DNA from: Aplysia californica | Taxonomy: Eukaryota | Direction: 5' to 3' | DNA: 55,850 nt | NCBI RefSeq assembly: GCF_000002075.1 | Contig: NW_004797541.1 | Location: 701,430 to 757,279 of the forward strand | Shown: in pieces, positions 27,001-36,804 of the stretch | How the letters are laid out: the number at the start of each line of letters is the position of its first letter | Position numbering within the stretch: position 1 is the first letter of the stretch | Translations under genes and position numbers: made by a program | Notes under the pieces: model-generated | The model's input: the letters and a program-made list of their open reading frames with translations, nothing else | The model's database searches: none | What the model was told of the DNA's origin: nothing

Positions 27001-30000
27001 ATTGGAAATGAATTTTCCATGAATAAGTACATTAGAAATAATAGAATCATCGTTTGTTTTTCAAGTTTGTGTGTGTCATAAACTTAAAAGATAATTTTCT
27101 CAAAATTAGATCTTTACACCCTACCCCACAAAATGTGTAATATATCAAAAACTACTAGAGATATCTCAAAAATTAAAAAGAACCATTGTGTTCAGAATTG
27201 AATTTCCTATAAGGTACAACCCTTAACTCAAAATGGTCAAAATCCGACTTTTGGTAACTTTCTTTAGGCACACACACATAATAATATGCTAAGACATGGG
27301 GGTAGATTAAACGCGTTCGTGCACAATCTTTTGTGCCTTTGGGCACGATACTAGCTCAGCTGGTATTATACTACATAGTGTGGATGATCCTATTTAGAAT
27401 TCCCAACCGGCGCATTCTTAAACTTATGTTGTTTGGTGAATTTTCGATTTTCGAGTCTGCCTACTATCGGAGACAGCCATCAATTCTAACATATTCACTT
27501 CTTAACTCTCTACATGCCAATCTATGACATATCATCTGTATGGTATTACCTCTCCTTCAAAGCAGACCTTTTTTCTTATATGCAGAACTATTCTCTGTGT
27601 ATATTTTTTTCCTTGTGCTTTATTCTTTTGCGCTCATTATGACATAGGCCTATTATAAATAATCTAAATTTGGTCACTTAAGTATCCTAACACAGTACAC
27701 ACTAAACCTTTAAACTTGTCACATTTACAATACGCTTGCCTGGTAAATGCATGGAAAACCTTCTGTAGGCCTGTATTCCATGATTTATCTGAATTATCCT
27801 TTTACAATCTCAGACTGAGATCCATGGTGTTAAACTGGACCACTGCACCATTCGTGAGGTGTGGCAAAGACTCAAACAGACAGCAGACATTGATGCTAGA
27901 CTCAAGGCAGTGGAAGCTTTCAACAAGGTTGGCACTTTTGTACATCCCAGCTCAAAGGGCGGGACATGAACTTGTCTGATAAAGTTATCTTCCCAAATTA
28001 ATGAAAATCTTTTGTTTTTATGTTTTCATTTGTGGAATGTCAATTGGAGAAAAAATTGTATTTTGAAAGATATTCACGCTATTTTGATTTTGATTTTATT
28101 TCCTATGATGTTATAGCTACTAGACAAATTCACTTTTCATTCTTGTGACCATAAAAGTTATTCTTTTGGTCCAGTTGTTGTAAACAACATAATATTAACA
28201 TTCTAGAAATGTGAGAGCTTGAGTGCATCTATGCAGAATTATGCTTTCCAGAATTTTTTTTTTTTTTTACTTTTTAAATTGATAAAATGCTTTTCCTTTT
28301 TGGCTTGTTACTTTATTAGAAATGTTAATCAGATTTAGCAGAGTTTGTTTTTTCTGAGCGCGTTCTTCTCTGCCAACTTTTATTTCATTTATGACATTTT
28401 GTGTTTCAGAGCAATACCTGGCGCAAGCGAGGCTTGACCATGACTACAGTAAAGTATGGAATGAACTACTTCCCCCCAGGACACTACTGTAACATCTCTG
28501 TGTTTGCTGCTGATGGCACTGTGAGTGTCATGACCTCAGGAGTGGAGATGGGCCAAGGGCTCTACACAAAGGTGACCCCGCAGTTCCTCATGGTTTATGA
28601 TATATTTATGATATACTTTACTTTACTTTTCCAATCCAGCGGCTGTCTGGGTTCTAGCTCTTTGGCCTGTCTATATGGTAAAGAATTTACAGGTTTTTAT
28701 CCGTTGTGTTTTGTCGCTGTATGAAGTATTTCCGATATCTGGGGCGAGGCAGGTAGGTAGGTGCTATGTAGGTTGCCAAGTGCAGGGCAGGTAAAGAGGT
28801 GGCAGTCATCCTGGCAGTCACCCAATGGGCAGTCAGGTGGGGTATCCTTGCGGATCTTATTTAGGTAGGAATTCAGTGGGAAGATCTATGGTATGTCATG
28901 TATAAAAAATATAATGTTTAACACGAGCTGAAACATTTAAGGACTGTGGTGAATTGTTATTTACGTAGGTAAAATTATAGCTTTCCACAAATGAAAATAT
29001 TTTCATCTGTACTATGAATTCAGCAATAAATTGCGGTCTAAATTTTGAAATAAGTCTATAAAAGATGTGTTACTTTTTTATAGTATATGGATTTCATGAG
29101 ACACTGACTGTTTATAACACTTTCCTGCCCTCGTGTTCAGGTTGCACAAGCTGTGGCGAAAAACATGAACATCCCAGTGGACAGAGTGAAAGTGCGACCC
29201 AATCAGAACAATGTCACCCCCAACCCAGGGTTCTCGGGAGGCAGCTCTACCAGTGAGATGTGTGTCGCGGTACGATCCTTTTTTTTTTTAGCTATCTGTC
29301 TTTGTCAGTTTGTACAGTTCTGTTTGCAGCATCCAGATTTATGTTTTGTTACTAGGGCATAGATGTATGAATCACTTTGAAATAGTAAATTTGAGTCCAA
29401 CGGGATCATACTGTATTAATGAAAACAACGACAAAAACATTGTGGCTCACTTGATTTGACAAGGTAATAAGTCACAGTTGCCAGGTATTTACTTCAAACC
29501 AACTGTTGTACCTCAGTTTCAGTATTTTGTTTTATAATCTAAAACTGATAATGCTTTAGAGTTGTGATTGTTACTTATAGCCTATGCTTAGGAATTGTTT
29601 TTGCTTGCTGTCTGTGTGTGACCAGTTTAACTAATAAAGCTTTCAAGTGTTTTAAACTGAAAATGATACTATTCTTTATAGTTACTCCTATGAATTGCAG
29701 TTGTCAGAGAGTTTTTGTATATGTGTACTATTTCTGTGCTATTGCATACCAGCTTCTGTAGTGTACTTTAGTGGTTATTATATGTGCTTCGAGATCACAT
29801 GCAGAAAATCCAAGTTCGATTCCCGTGTGAAGGAAATATTATATTGAGCGTCGAGGTCTTTCTGCTGGGACTAGTCAGTCCAAGTTGGCCCTAACAGGTT
29901 GGATAAAGCCCAGCTCCTAAATAATATAGATTGTGTTGATTGGGTATAAAACATCGACATTAAAAAATGCTTAGACACAAATAAATCATTTTGAAGGTGA

Positions 30001-33000
30001 AGCACGAGCCTAATGGTCCAGTACAATGTTTCATCTTGAGATCATTTACTTAATTTTTGTTATTGTTTCTCATTTGAACTTACCTTCAGGCTGCTCTTAA
30101 TGCTGCAAGCCAATTGACTGAACGCCTCCGCCCTATTCGAGAAAAGATGCCAGATGCCGACTGGAAAACAGTTCTTGGAACTGCCTGGGCCAGTAGCATG
30201 GACTTATCCGCTCGAACAAAGTCAGTAGGCCCCTACATGTACTGTGTAAATTTTAAAGAGATTACTCATTTGTTGTAGAATGTGAACAGCTTGAGGGTTC
30301 CAAACATCTGGGATTTCTTTTTAAGACGTAACCAGTCTTTTCTGTCTTGTTTTACGTTCTAAGCTGTGCAAAAGGAAATTTAACTGAAGAATAATTATAT
30401 AGCCATGGATTGAGCTGAATGTATTTATAGATAAATAAACAAAGTTACTATTTTCAGCATGTTTATGTGTCCCCCACAGTATTTTGCTGTAGTGCAAGTG
30501 CAGATTGATTATGACGCCTCTTAAATTCCTTGTATGAAAAAAAACTCCTGAAATATTTCATAGAGAGTGACTTTCTCTGTACAAATTTCCCCAAAACATT
30601 GACTCATTCATTTACTGTCCACTCTGCTGAAAATATGTGCACTTATATCGGGTGCCCATTAGCTGGATCAAATCAGGTCGAGTCGGGACAATTAATGCCG
30701 GCTTCAAAGCTCACACTATGAATAAACCCCTTGTTGTGTCCAATTGGACAAGAACAGGAAGTTTTGGCTGGTGCGCCTACAAGCCTTGTCATTGGTGTTC
30801 ACATTGGGCTGTTTGGCTTGTGTCTTTGAAAACAAAAAGTGTTTGATTTTTTAAGGTCACTGTTGAATTCAGTAGAACTGTACCAAAATAGTAGCTTTTG
30901 CCCCCTCATGAAGGAAAATGTGGCTGGCTCCGCCTGAATATAATAAGTCAAATTAGCAGTGTGCACTGGGTAAAAGCATTGAAGCCATGCCTCTTGGATA
31001 CTTGTTGCTTTGCTCTATCACTGTTTACATTCAGTGTTGAACAAATTCTACATGTTCAGATGTTTTCAAGACTCACTTTTACATTATTTATAAGTTTCCG
31101 TATAACTGACGGCTTAAAGATTATCTTTATAATGCATCAGTTTATGACTGGATTCTAATATCTCTCTGTGCTTGTGTTGAACACAGATGTGACACTACTA
31201 AGGGACAGCAGTACTTCACTTACTGTGCTGGAGCTGTGGAGACAGAGGTGGATGTTCTCACCGGAGAGTTCCAAGTGAAGAGAGTGGACATTATGTGCGA
31301 CTTTGGCGAGAGGTAATTCTCTTAAATGGTGGATTTTACTTTAAGTGCTTCCTTATTCTGTAACCAGCCATGATGCTTCTTTCCAAATTCAAAGAATTTG
31401 AATAATTCATTTATTTTTGTTGATAAGTGATGTCACTAATTTCTATTTTTCTCTTCAAATGCGTGACCTTCCCTAACAAGAGGTACACAATCCTTTTTTT
31501 TTAAAGCTGCCTTGGCTGCTGCTAAAAGTTGAAGAAGGCTGCCATTTATATATAAAGCACTCTTTATTTTCCTGAAGAAATTGCTTACCAGTTTTATGGA
31601 GGGCAATATTCAAAGGTTGGGTGTTGCTTTATAAAATGTGAGGATAATTTTCTTTTTTAGTAGGGATGGATATTCACATAAAGTTATTAATGACTATAGA
31701 ATTACCAGTTTTCTAAAGTGAAATATATGAATTTCCTAAAAAACTTAGGCTAACATTATTCATTCCTATGCTGAAGGTAAAAAAATGCATGGGTAGACTC
31801 AGAGCAGCTTGGAAAGCCTCAACAGATGGGTGATGGGAAAAGACCAAGGTAACAATATTAATATTGTTTTAAGAGAACCCGAGCAAAGAATTGAATGGCA
31901 AGCCATGATCGCTGATATCCATCGCAAATTTTGCACTTGATGATGATGATCATGATGATGATATGAAATCTTACCACAACTTCGTCCATTTCTCTGTTGA
32001 CAGCTTGAACCCAACCATTGACATTGGCCAAGTGGAGGGTGCTTTTATCATGGGTCTGGGGTCTTACCTTCTTGAGGATGTCCACTATGATGCTACCACT
32101 GGTCAACTGCTCAATGATGGAACTTGGGTAAGTTCTACAACATTCTGGAAACTCTTGTATTTGTATATGTGTTGCCATGTTATGACACCTTTCAAATAGG
32201 TGCTTTTTCGTGATTTCATCAAGTGCTGCAATTTCTATTTATTTCTACATTTTCGAAATCATATGATTTTATTTCTTTTATTAGCTTTTATTAGAACTTG
32301 AAATATGAAGTTATGTAATGAAAAGGAGTGAATCATGATGCACTGTAATTCTTTTCTTACTCTTACCTTTTAATTATTTGAAGTTGAATCAGTCTGTAAG
32401 GACAGTGCTTGAGTGTTGATAAGATTTGCTTTGAATGTAATCCCTCTGTTGAAACTTCTCACAATGTAAACTTTTTTTAAATCTTAAAGTTGTAACAGTC
32501 TGCCTCTATATTATTAGGTTGACTCAAATGTTACTAAGAAACAGAAGTTTAAGGTTCAAGTTTGAACTTGTCCATTTCCCTTCCCCTCCTTTCTGGAACA
32601 GTTTTTTATTAGCTGAGGGAGTGCCCTGAGAGAGAGGGGCTAGTGTATAAAGTTAAGCATTTAATTTGAACAAAAGCTTGAAGGAAGAAAAAGTCTCACA
32701 TACATGTATGTATTAATTTGAGATAGAGGTATCTTTTATCAAATTATTTTTATGTTATTCAGGAATACAAGCCACCCACTACCAAGGACATTCCAATCGA
32801 CTGGAGAATTCACTTCCTTCCTGACTCACCCAATCCTTGCGGTATTCAAAGTTCTAAAGGTGGGTGTGGCATGTTCGATGTTCAGTCTCAAAATTAACAA
32901 CCAGTATTAATAAGGGTAATGGTTACATGTTTTTTTAAGTTTACAGACTTGTTTCAAGGTAATTTTTTGTCACTGTTGTAGGGAGTGTTGTAGTTTGTTC

Positions 33001-34620
33001 CCACTCGCCTTGTATCTCACATGAACTAACGAGTGTACTGAATGAATAATAACAGCTGGTCATTAAAGTTACTTGAACACCTCAAACAGTTAACAATTCT
33101 ATGTAGATCTATGTGGCAGGTCCCGGATACGAACTATAATATATCCAATATTATTAATGAAAAAAAATTCACTTGAATCTTGGTTAGCACAGTGGTAAAT
33201 TGTTCCATGCTAATGTGCCTGGTTTCAATTTTGGCTTGCAAAAAAGGTGGATGCCCTGTTTATCAATTCCAAACATCTATACTGTAAGCCAATGGTAGGT
33301 AGGGTGGTTCTTGCACCATCAATGATATAATATGGCAGCCTTAATGTCACAGGACACTGCACTCAAATAGGAACCTTCATCTTATTTATATATAATATGT
33401 AAAACTCAGCTGCATATGGGTTTGAAGAGCCCACTGTTGACTGCCCTTTAGAATTAAGACAGAAGAAGAAAAAGAGTCTCTGACCTTCACATAGATAAAA
33501 ATAGTAAAAATAATACAAGTATAGCAAATTTCATTCAGTGTGGCAATTTTTTAGGACTTTCTTGCTTTCTCTTGAACAAAATGTGATGTGGTGACATATC
33601 CGGGTGGTCTTCTCATGCTACTTCTGTTCTCTGTTCTTTTTTCTTAAGCTGTCTTGGCAAAATACAGTGGCAGCTGTTGAAACTGAAAGCTACGGGACCA
33701 CTAGACTTTTTTTTAGTTTAGCCACGTTTTTTATTTCGAAAGTTGCTCAAATAGAAGAAAAAATAATTGGGGATTATATTTTGTTTTGGTTTATCTCCGT
33801 TTTCAAATGAATCGTGTACAGTTTTTGACTCTTCTGTACGTCTGTACTGTCCTGACTCATTGTTAGAGATAGAGCTTTGCTCTTGAAAGGTATAATATCA
33901 GAAGATTCCGTCTGTATTCAGGTTGTGACACTCTCAATGACATAATGTTTTCTTCTCAACAGCTGTTGGAGAGCCTCCAGCAGCTCTGGGAATCGGGGCA
34001 TTGCTTGCTATCAAGAGCAGCATTGAGAATCTCAGAGAAGAACTTACTGGCCAGCAAGGATTTATCCCAGTTGGTGAGTGATGCATCTGAATTTTATTTA
34101 GCCCGCATACCACTTTATTCAAGTAAAGATTTAAAATTATTTAAAGTGTAGCTGTATCAAAGGATAAGTTGGGTTTTTTTTTGGTCAATTAAAAAAATCT
34201 TAATGCTATCCATTCATATTTCAAGACTTTCTCAATATAGTCAGTGATGTGTAAATAAGCAGTTTGGAAATGTAATGCTTTTCTTTCCTGCAAGCTTTAC
34301 GCAGGCTTGTTTCACTTCTTTTCCTGTGTTTTTTTTATACACATGCAATTCATTTTTCCATTTAATTCACTGTTAAATTTGTTCTGTACTTCTTCCTCTG
34401 AGGTCAGACCCCAATTTTCCCTCAAAGTTCTGAAAGACCGGTGACATTTCTCTAAAGGATTTCACTCAAGTAACAGTAACAATTCCATTATTTATTTTTT
34501 AGAAATACTTCTGATGTAGGCATTAGATTTAAACAATTTTTTGCTTCTGCAGATTCTCCGTACACAGTGGAGAAAATCCAGATGAGCACTGGCCTGTCAG
34601 TGGACCACCTCACAGCTTGA
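2330..34620 (+). CDS. AOX/XDH-like: Xanthine dehydrogenase/aldehyde oxidase family molybdo-flavoenzyme (aldehyde-oxidase-like); 30 coding exons in window, 5'-partial
   Basis: Hand-spliced exons 2330-2486, 3136-3346, 4220-4293, 5383-5532, 6146-6251, 7099-7247, 8423-8524, 10148-10211, 11720-11823, 12741-12896, 14142-14264, 14753-14857, 15273-15330, 16279-16428, 18259-18338, 18709-18818, 19676-19780, 20188-20266, 20648-20759, 21963-22043, 26443-26552, 27814-27927, 28410-28571, 29141-29269, 30090-30220, 31187-31312, 32004-32127, 32763-32859, 33963-34073, 34553-34620. Phases are consistent and one frame stays open to TGA at 34618-34620. Motifs: CRCTGYRPI (2Fe-2S), [17 protein letters not shown] and FPSD (FAD), [34 protein letters not shown] (Moco domain). 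Confidence 0.96.
2770..3030 (+). mobile_element. tRNA-derived SINE, Meta-domain-like
   Basis: Degenerate A/B boxes (GGTGGAGTGC..., GGTTTGAGCC), core CCACCCAGC...GTTGGGGAAGTAAAGGTGGCG...AAGGAACTGGCCACCCTAC, and a (CTTTAC)-type tail. Confidence 0.65.
3136..3346 (+). CDS. AOX/XDH-like exon (linker/start of FAD domain)
   Basis: tag| ... |gtcagt; [11 protein letters not shown]...WFRPTSL...RMVFGNTST. Confidence 0.93.
4220..4293 (+). CDS. AOX/XDH-like exon (FAD domain)
   Basis: cag| ... |gtagag; [25 protein letters not shown]. Confidence 0.92.
5383..5532 (+). CDS. AOX/XDH-like exon (FAD domain)
   Basis: cag| ... |gtaagt; [17 protein letters not shown]...[12 protein letters not shown]. Confidence 0.93.
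6146..6251 (+). CDS. AOX/XDH-like exon (FAD domain)
   Basis: cag| ... |gtaagc; [35 protein letters not shown]. Confidence 0.94.
6672..6845 (-). mobile_element. Short retroposon family S2, copy 1
   Basis: Reverse complement aligns by eye with 19264-19440 and 40679-40861. Confidence 0.8.
7099..7247 (+). CDS. AOX/XDH-like exon (FAD domain)
   Basis: cag| ... |gtcagt; [16 protein letters not shown]...[11 protein letters not shown]. Confidence 0.93.
8423..8524 (+). CDS. AOX/XDH-like exon (FAD C-terminal subdomain)
   Basis: tag| ... |gtgagt; [34 protein letters not shown]. Confidence 0.93.
8818..9872. repeat. (CT)n/(CA)n microsatellite flanking a 942-nt N block
   Basis: CA repeats on both sides of the Ns. 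Confidence 0.9.
10148..10211 (+). CDS. AOX/XDH-like exon with GC donor
   Basis: cag| ... AAAG|gcaaga; [21 protein letters not shown]; phase 1 matches the next exon. Confidence 0.88.
11720..11823 (+). CDS. AOX/XDH-like exon
   Basis: cag| ... |gtcagt; [35 protein letters not shown]. Confidence 0.92.
12425..12510 (-). mobile_element. SINE fragment (CORE/V-like motifs)
   Basis: Minus strand GTGTCCCTGGGAAAGGCACTTTAC ... TTCGGATGTGGACGTTAAAC. Confidence 0.45.
12741..12896 (+). CDS. AOX/XDH-like exon (FAD-Moco linker)
   Basis: cag| ... |gtgtgg; TLLELAK...[10 protein letters not shown]...[15 protein letters not shown]. Confidence 0.93.
13340..13529. mobile_element. Small MITE (possibly hAT-type)
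   Basis: Imperfect TIR CAGTGCTGTCCCCGTGGTTTTATGCA / TGCATAAAACGACAGGGACAGACAGTG; internal GCATAATTT repeats; no clear TSD. Confidence 0.55.
14142..14264 (+). CDS. AOX/XDH-like exon (start of Moco domain)
   Basis: cag| ... |gtaagt; [12 protein letters not shown]...DTSEAL. Confidence 0.94.
14753..14857 (+). CDS. AOX/XDH-like exon
   Basis: cag| ... |gtgagt; [35 protein letters not shown]. Confidence 0.94.
15273..15330 (+). CDS. AOX/XDH-like exon with GC donor
   Basis: cag| ... GCAG|gcaagt; [19 protein letters not shown]. Confidence 0.9.
16279..16428 (+). CDS. AOX/XDH-like exon
   Basis: cag| ... |gtacat; [17 protein letters not shown]...KGDTA. Confidence 0.92.
16777..17296 (-). mobile_element. 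Full-length tRNA-derived SINE (family S1, Deu/Nin-like domain), copy 1
   Basis: A box TGGCCTAGAGG, B box GGTTCGAATCC, TSD TAAAAAGATT (16764-16773 / 17297-17306); highly similar to 36805-37312. Confidence 0.92.
17454..17905. mobile_element. MITE family A, copy 1 (TGTG...CACA termini)
   Basis: About 35-bp imperfect TIR TGTGTCACAACGCGGTGGAATCAGGCGCTCGTCAA; homologous to 21061-21492. Confidence 0.85.
18259..18338 (+). CDS. AOX/XDH-like exon
   Basis: cag| ... |gtaagt; [27 protein letters not shown]. Confidence 0.92.
18709..18818 (+). CDS. AOX/XDH-like exon
   Basis: cag| ... |gtgagt; [36 protein letters not shown]. Confidence 0.93.
19264..19440 (+). mobile_element. Short retroposon family S2, copy 2
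   Basis: Homologous to 40679-40861; tail ...ATGACCTTA...TAAAACACTTACTAAAACTAA. Confidence 0.82.
19676..19780 (+). CDS. AOX/XDH-like exon (Moco-binding GGGFGGK)
   Basis: cag| ... |gtaaaa; [35 protein letters not shown]. Confidence 0.95.
19847..19970 (+). mobile_element. Truncated S1 SINE head (B box deleted)
   Basis: GGCTCTCGTGATCTAGAGGTTAAGGTGTTTGG joined to TTTTCTCTAAAATTGT..., matching the S1 5' region. Confidence 0.7.
20188..20266 (+). CDS. AOX/XDH-like exon
   Basis: tag| ... |gtaagt; [26 protein letters not shown]. Confidence 0.92.
20648..20759 (+). CDS. AOX/XDH-like exon
   Basis: cag| ... |gtatga; [37 protein letters not shown]. Confidence 0.93.
21061..21492. mobile_element. MITE family A, copy 2
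   Basis: Same termini and interior (GAAGGAGGTGGGG, GGCCGCCAAAGTT, AAGGTGTTGAG) as 17454-17905, same orientation. Confidence 0.85.
21963..22043 (+). CDS. AOX/XDH-like exon
   Basis: cag| ... |gtaaga; [27 protein letters not shown]. Confidence 0.93.
22056..22878 (-). mobile_element. 5'-truncated LINE (I/Ingi/Nimb group) with RNase H and C-terminal zinc-knuckle remnant
   Basis: Minus-strand peptides [24 protein letters not shown] (RNase H), IFRARTGH and [14 protein letters not shown]; (AAC)n tail at about 22055-22072; frameshifted. Confidence 0.88.
22979..23562. mobile_element. MITE family B, copy 1
   Basis: TIR GTGTGC(A/C)TAAAGAAAGGTACCAAAAG at both ends; homologous, in inverted orientation, to 26582-27280. 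Confidence 0.87.
23590..25546. mobile_element. About 1.95-kb non-autonomous DNA transposon with about 45-bp TIRs (family C)
   Basis: CTCAGTTCAGGCCCTGTATCTCGGACTGTTGGCTCTGGCA from 23598 and its reverse complement at 25501-25540; CTAG/TAGGCC at both outer ends; no coding interior. Confidence 0.85.
24012..24096. repeat. (CA)n microsatellite
   Basis: Direct reading. Confidence 0.95.
25824..25935. repeat. Degenerate (GAT)/(GGT)n repeat
   Basis: Direct reading. Confidence 0.85.
26443..26552 (+). CDS. AOX/XDH-like exon
   Basis: cag| ... |gtatgt; [37 protein letters not shown]. Confidence 0.93.
26582..27280. mobile_element. MITE family B, copy 2 (inverted relative to copy 1)
   Basis: Ends ...ACCCTTAACTCAAAATGGTCAAAATCCGACTTTTGGTAACTTTCTTTAGGCACACACAC, the reverse complement of the start of copy 1. 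Confidence 0.87.
27814..27927 (+). CDS. AOX/XDH-like exon
   Basis: cag| ... |gttggc; [38 protein letters not shown]. Confidence 0.92.
28410..28571 (+). CDS. AOX/XDH-like exon (EMGQGL motif)
   Basis: cag| ... |gtgacc; SNTWRKRGL...[20 protein letters not shown]. Confidence 0.95.
29141..29269 (+). CDS. AOX/XDH-like exon
   Basis: cag| ... |gtacga; [12 protein letters not shown]...[17 protein letters not shown]. Confidence 0.94.
29765..29967 (+). mobile_element. Degenerate tRNA-derived SINE
   Basis: A-box-like TAGTGGTTA, B-box-like AGTTCGATTCC, tail CTCCTAAATAAT...GATTGGGTATAAAACA (similar tail near 14640-14695). Confidence 0.5.
30090..30220 (+). CDS. AOX/XDH-like exon
   Basis: cag| ... |gtcagt; [43 protein letters not shown]. 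Confidence 0.92.
31187..31312 (+). CDS. AOX/XDH-like exon
   Basis: cag| ... |gtaatt; [41 protein letters not shown]. Confidence 0.94.
31770..31962 (+). mobile_element. RTE-like LINE 3' end with (GAT)n tail
   Basis: Peptide [15 protein letters not shown]-stop followed by TGATGATGAT repeats, typical of RTE 3' ends. Confidence 0.55.
32004..32127 (+). CDS. AOX/XDH-like exon (DIGQVEGAF motif)
   Basis: cag| ... |gtaagt; [41 protein letters not shown]. Confidence 0.96.
32763..32859 (+). CDS. AOX/XDH-like exon
   Basis: cag| ... |gtgggt; [32 protein letters not shown]. Confidence 0.95.
33963..34073 (+). CDS. AOX/XDH-like exon (catalytic Glu, GEPP)
   Basis: cag| ... |gtgagt; [37 protein letters not shown]. 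Confidence 0.95.
34553..34620 (+). CDS. AOX/XDH-like terminal coding exon
   Basis: cag|; [22 protein letters not shown]-stop. Confidence 0.9.
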
Positions 34621-35115
34621 GATGGTGCACAGACACAACAGAACTCTCAGAGATGATCATATCTGAGTTTATATCAAGAAATCTGTTAACTATTCATGAC
34701 CGACATAATGTTCAAACTTTCAGGAGCTCCTGAATCAAACGTGTTTTTTTCTTTTTTGATTTGAAATTTATGTAGACCATGCTTTACTAAATCCGTGAGA
34801 TATTTTGTTAAGCACCTTTGTATCCAGAACACTGATATGAGGTGTGTCCATACACTTGATATTGTTTTGCTCCCCCCGTTTCAAAGGTTTCATGATTTGA
34901 ACTGAAGAGACTAAAGATTTTTTCAGAATTTTTCTGTAAATAAGGGAAGTGTTGTAAACGAGACAGGAGGGCAAAGCAAAACTTCCAACATCTATCTTGA
35001 AATATTCACAGAGCTGTAAAATGGCGACTAAGATCTTACAGCCATTTCCCAGACTTCTCATGAGCAATTTATGGAAGGATGAGTTTTATATCTTACAATA
35101 TTTCCCTTCTTTGAC

Positions 35116-35349
35116 AATAAAGGTGAACTTTTATTCCTTATCAAGCGGTGTCACTTTGTGCGGAGGTGTAGACTCCCTTGTATCTTATGCTGTTTTTTTT
35201 GTTTCTTTCTGCAAAAGTTAACTACAAAGTAGGCTTATTTCAGAAGTATAGGCATATATATATAAAGAGTAGCAAAGTTCTAGATGTTGTGTTGAAATAA
35301 TGTAATTTCGGAGGATATTTCGTAAAAACGTTACTACTTCAAAAATAAA
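35116..35349 (+). terminator. Candidate polyadenylation signals of the AOX-like gene
   Basis: AATAAA at 35116-35121 and 35344-35349, downstream of the stop codon; which one is used cannot be determined from sequence. Confidence 0.45.
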
Positions 35350-36804
35350 ATGTTGAACATATTATGTTAACACATGTACCAAATTCATGTTTATGATGGC
35401 AGTATATTGTCTCAACAATACTGTAAATGTTTGCATGTGATCAAATTTTATGATGTCCTATTTTATTGTTGCCATTTGAGAACTAATATTGTGATAGCAA
35501 TCAGGTAAAGTAGCAGGGTGCTTTCAGATAATTGTTATGCGGCTTAAGAGAAACTAAAAAATAGTCAAGTACAGATGAATCAAACTCACTGAGACCACTG
35601 TGCTGCATTTCAGCATGGCATCCTGCACTGAAGCAACATTTTTATCTTAAGTGAAATTATATTTTTCTTCAGTAGAGACCATTGCGATGTCTGATTTGTC
35701 TCAAGTTCAAATTTTCACTATTTCCATGAATCATGAACTCACATATTTTCTAGATAAAGAAGAAAGCTTCATTTAACGCCCATCAATAACATGTAATAAA
35801 TTTAATATTTCATTAAACTATTTATTTAAAGCCATTGATGTTGTAGTTGTTGTTACAGATCCAGTAGCTGTGGAGTTTTCATTCCTCTGCTTGAAATTAA
35901 GTGGTTTTTTTGGTATATTTCTGCTTAAGGTGTTTCACTTGTCCATTTATGGAGGAAGATACTGTTAATGATGGTGGAAGAACGTCTAATATTAATCAAT
36001 GTTGTAGTCCCATTAGGTCTATACAAGGATACTTTTTAACCAGCTATCCAAGACAAGAGGAACCTTACAGTTATTTTGATATTCTACCTTTTTTTTGTAT
36101 TCAGAAGCTATTTTTTTTCTTTGTAGACTCGCACGTATTGTTATCTGTCTTTATTCTATGGCATATAAAGTCAAATAAACTTACATGGATTTTTCATTTA
36201 AACAATTTTTTTGCATTTGTCCCTATGCTGACTGGGTTTTGAAACCAGCTCTTTTTCCACTTTCGTCTACTATAGCGTCTTCATAAATTATCAAGCTTAG
36301 TGTATTCCATCATTACTAAAACAAACAAGGTGCACAACCTCAGCTAACTTTCATCATGAAAAGCCTGATCCACCCCACCCCCAAGATCTCCACAATCCTA
36401 CCACAGGACCATGTGCTATGACACAGAGAGAAAAACACCATACTTCAGTGACTGCTAGTTAGCCCTTCGGCCAAGTACATACGAGTAAACTGGGGAACGG
36501 GACAATATGATAAAACTAAAATTTCTTTTCCCCAACTTATTTTACGAAGTGTGCCATCTCATATGATGAGCTTTCAAAGACTATTATACTTCCTCATCTT
36601 ATCTGAAAATTGTCATAATCTTAGCCTTTCAAGTTTTTCTTCCAAGTCATGTTCCAGGTATATAAATGAGGAAGTTGGTTGGCTTCTTTTTTGTACATAA
36701 CAAATAAGTTCAAAGAGTTGTTTGTCCTCAGTCAGCTGATTAAACATAATTTGTTTTTGGGACAAGTCAACATCAACAACCTTGGAAGTGAACCTCTTAA
36801 AAGG

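Noticed and set aside
27330-27354. Helitron-like 3' end (GTGCC-TTTG-GGCAC hairpin + CTAG)
   Set aside because: Short hairpin very close to CTAG, not followed by T, and no 5' TC end or second copy visible; insufficient support.
28740-28860. Repeated GGCAG(T/G) motifs in an intron
   Set aside because: Short, irregular low-complexity patch with no consistent period or recognisable structure.
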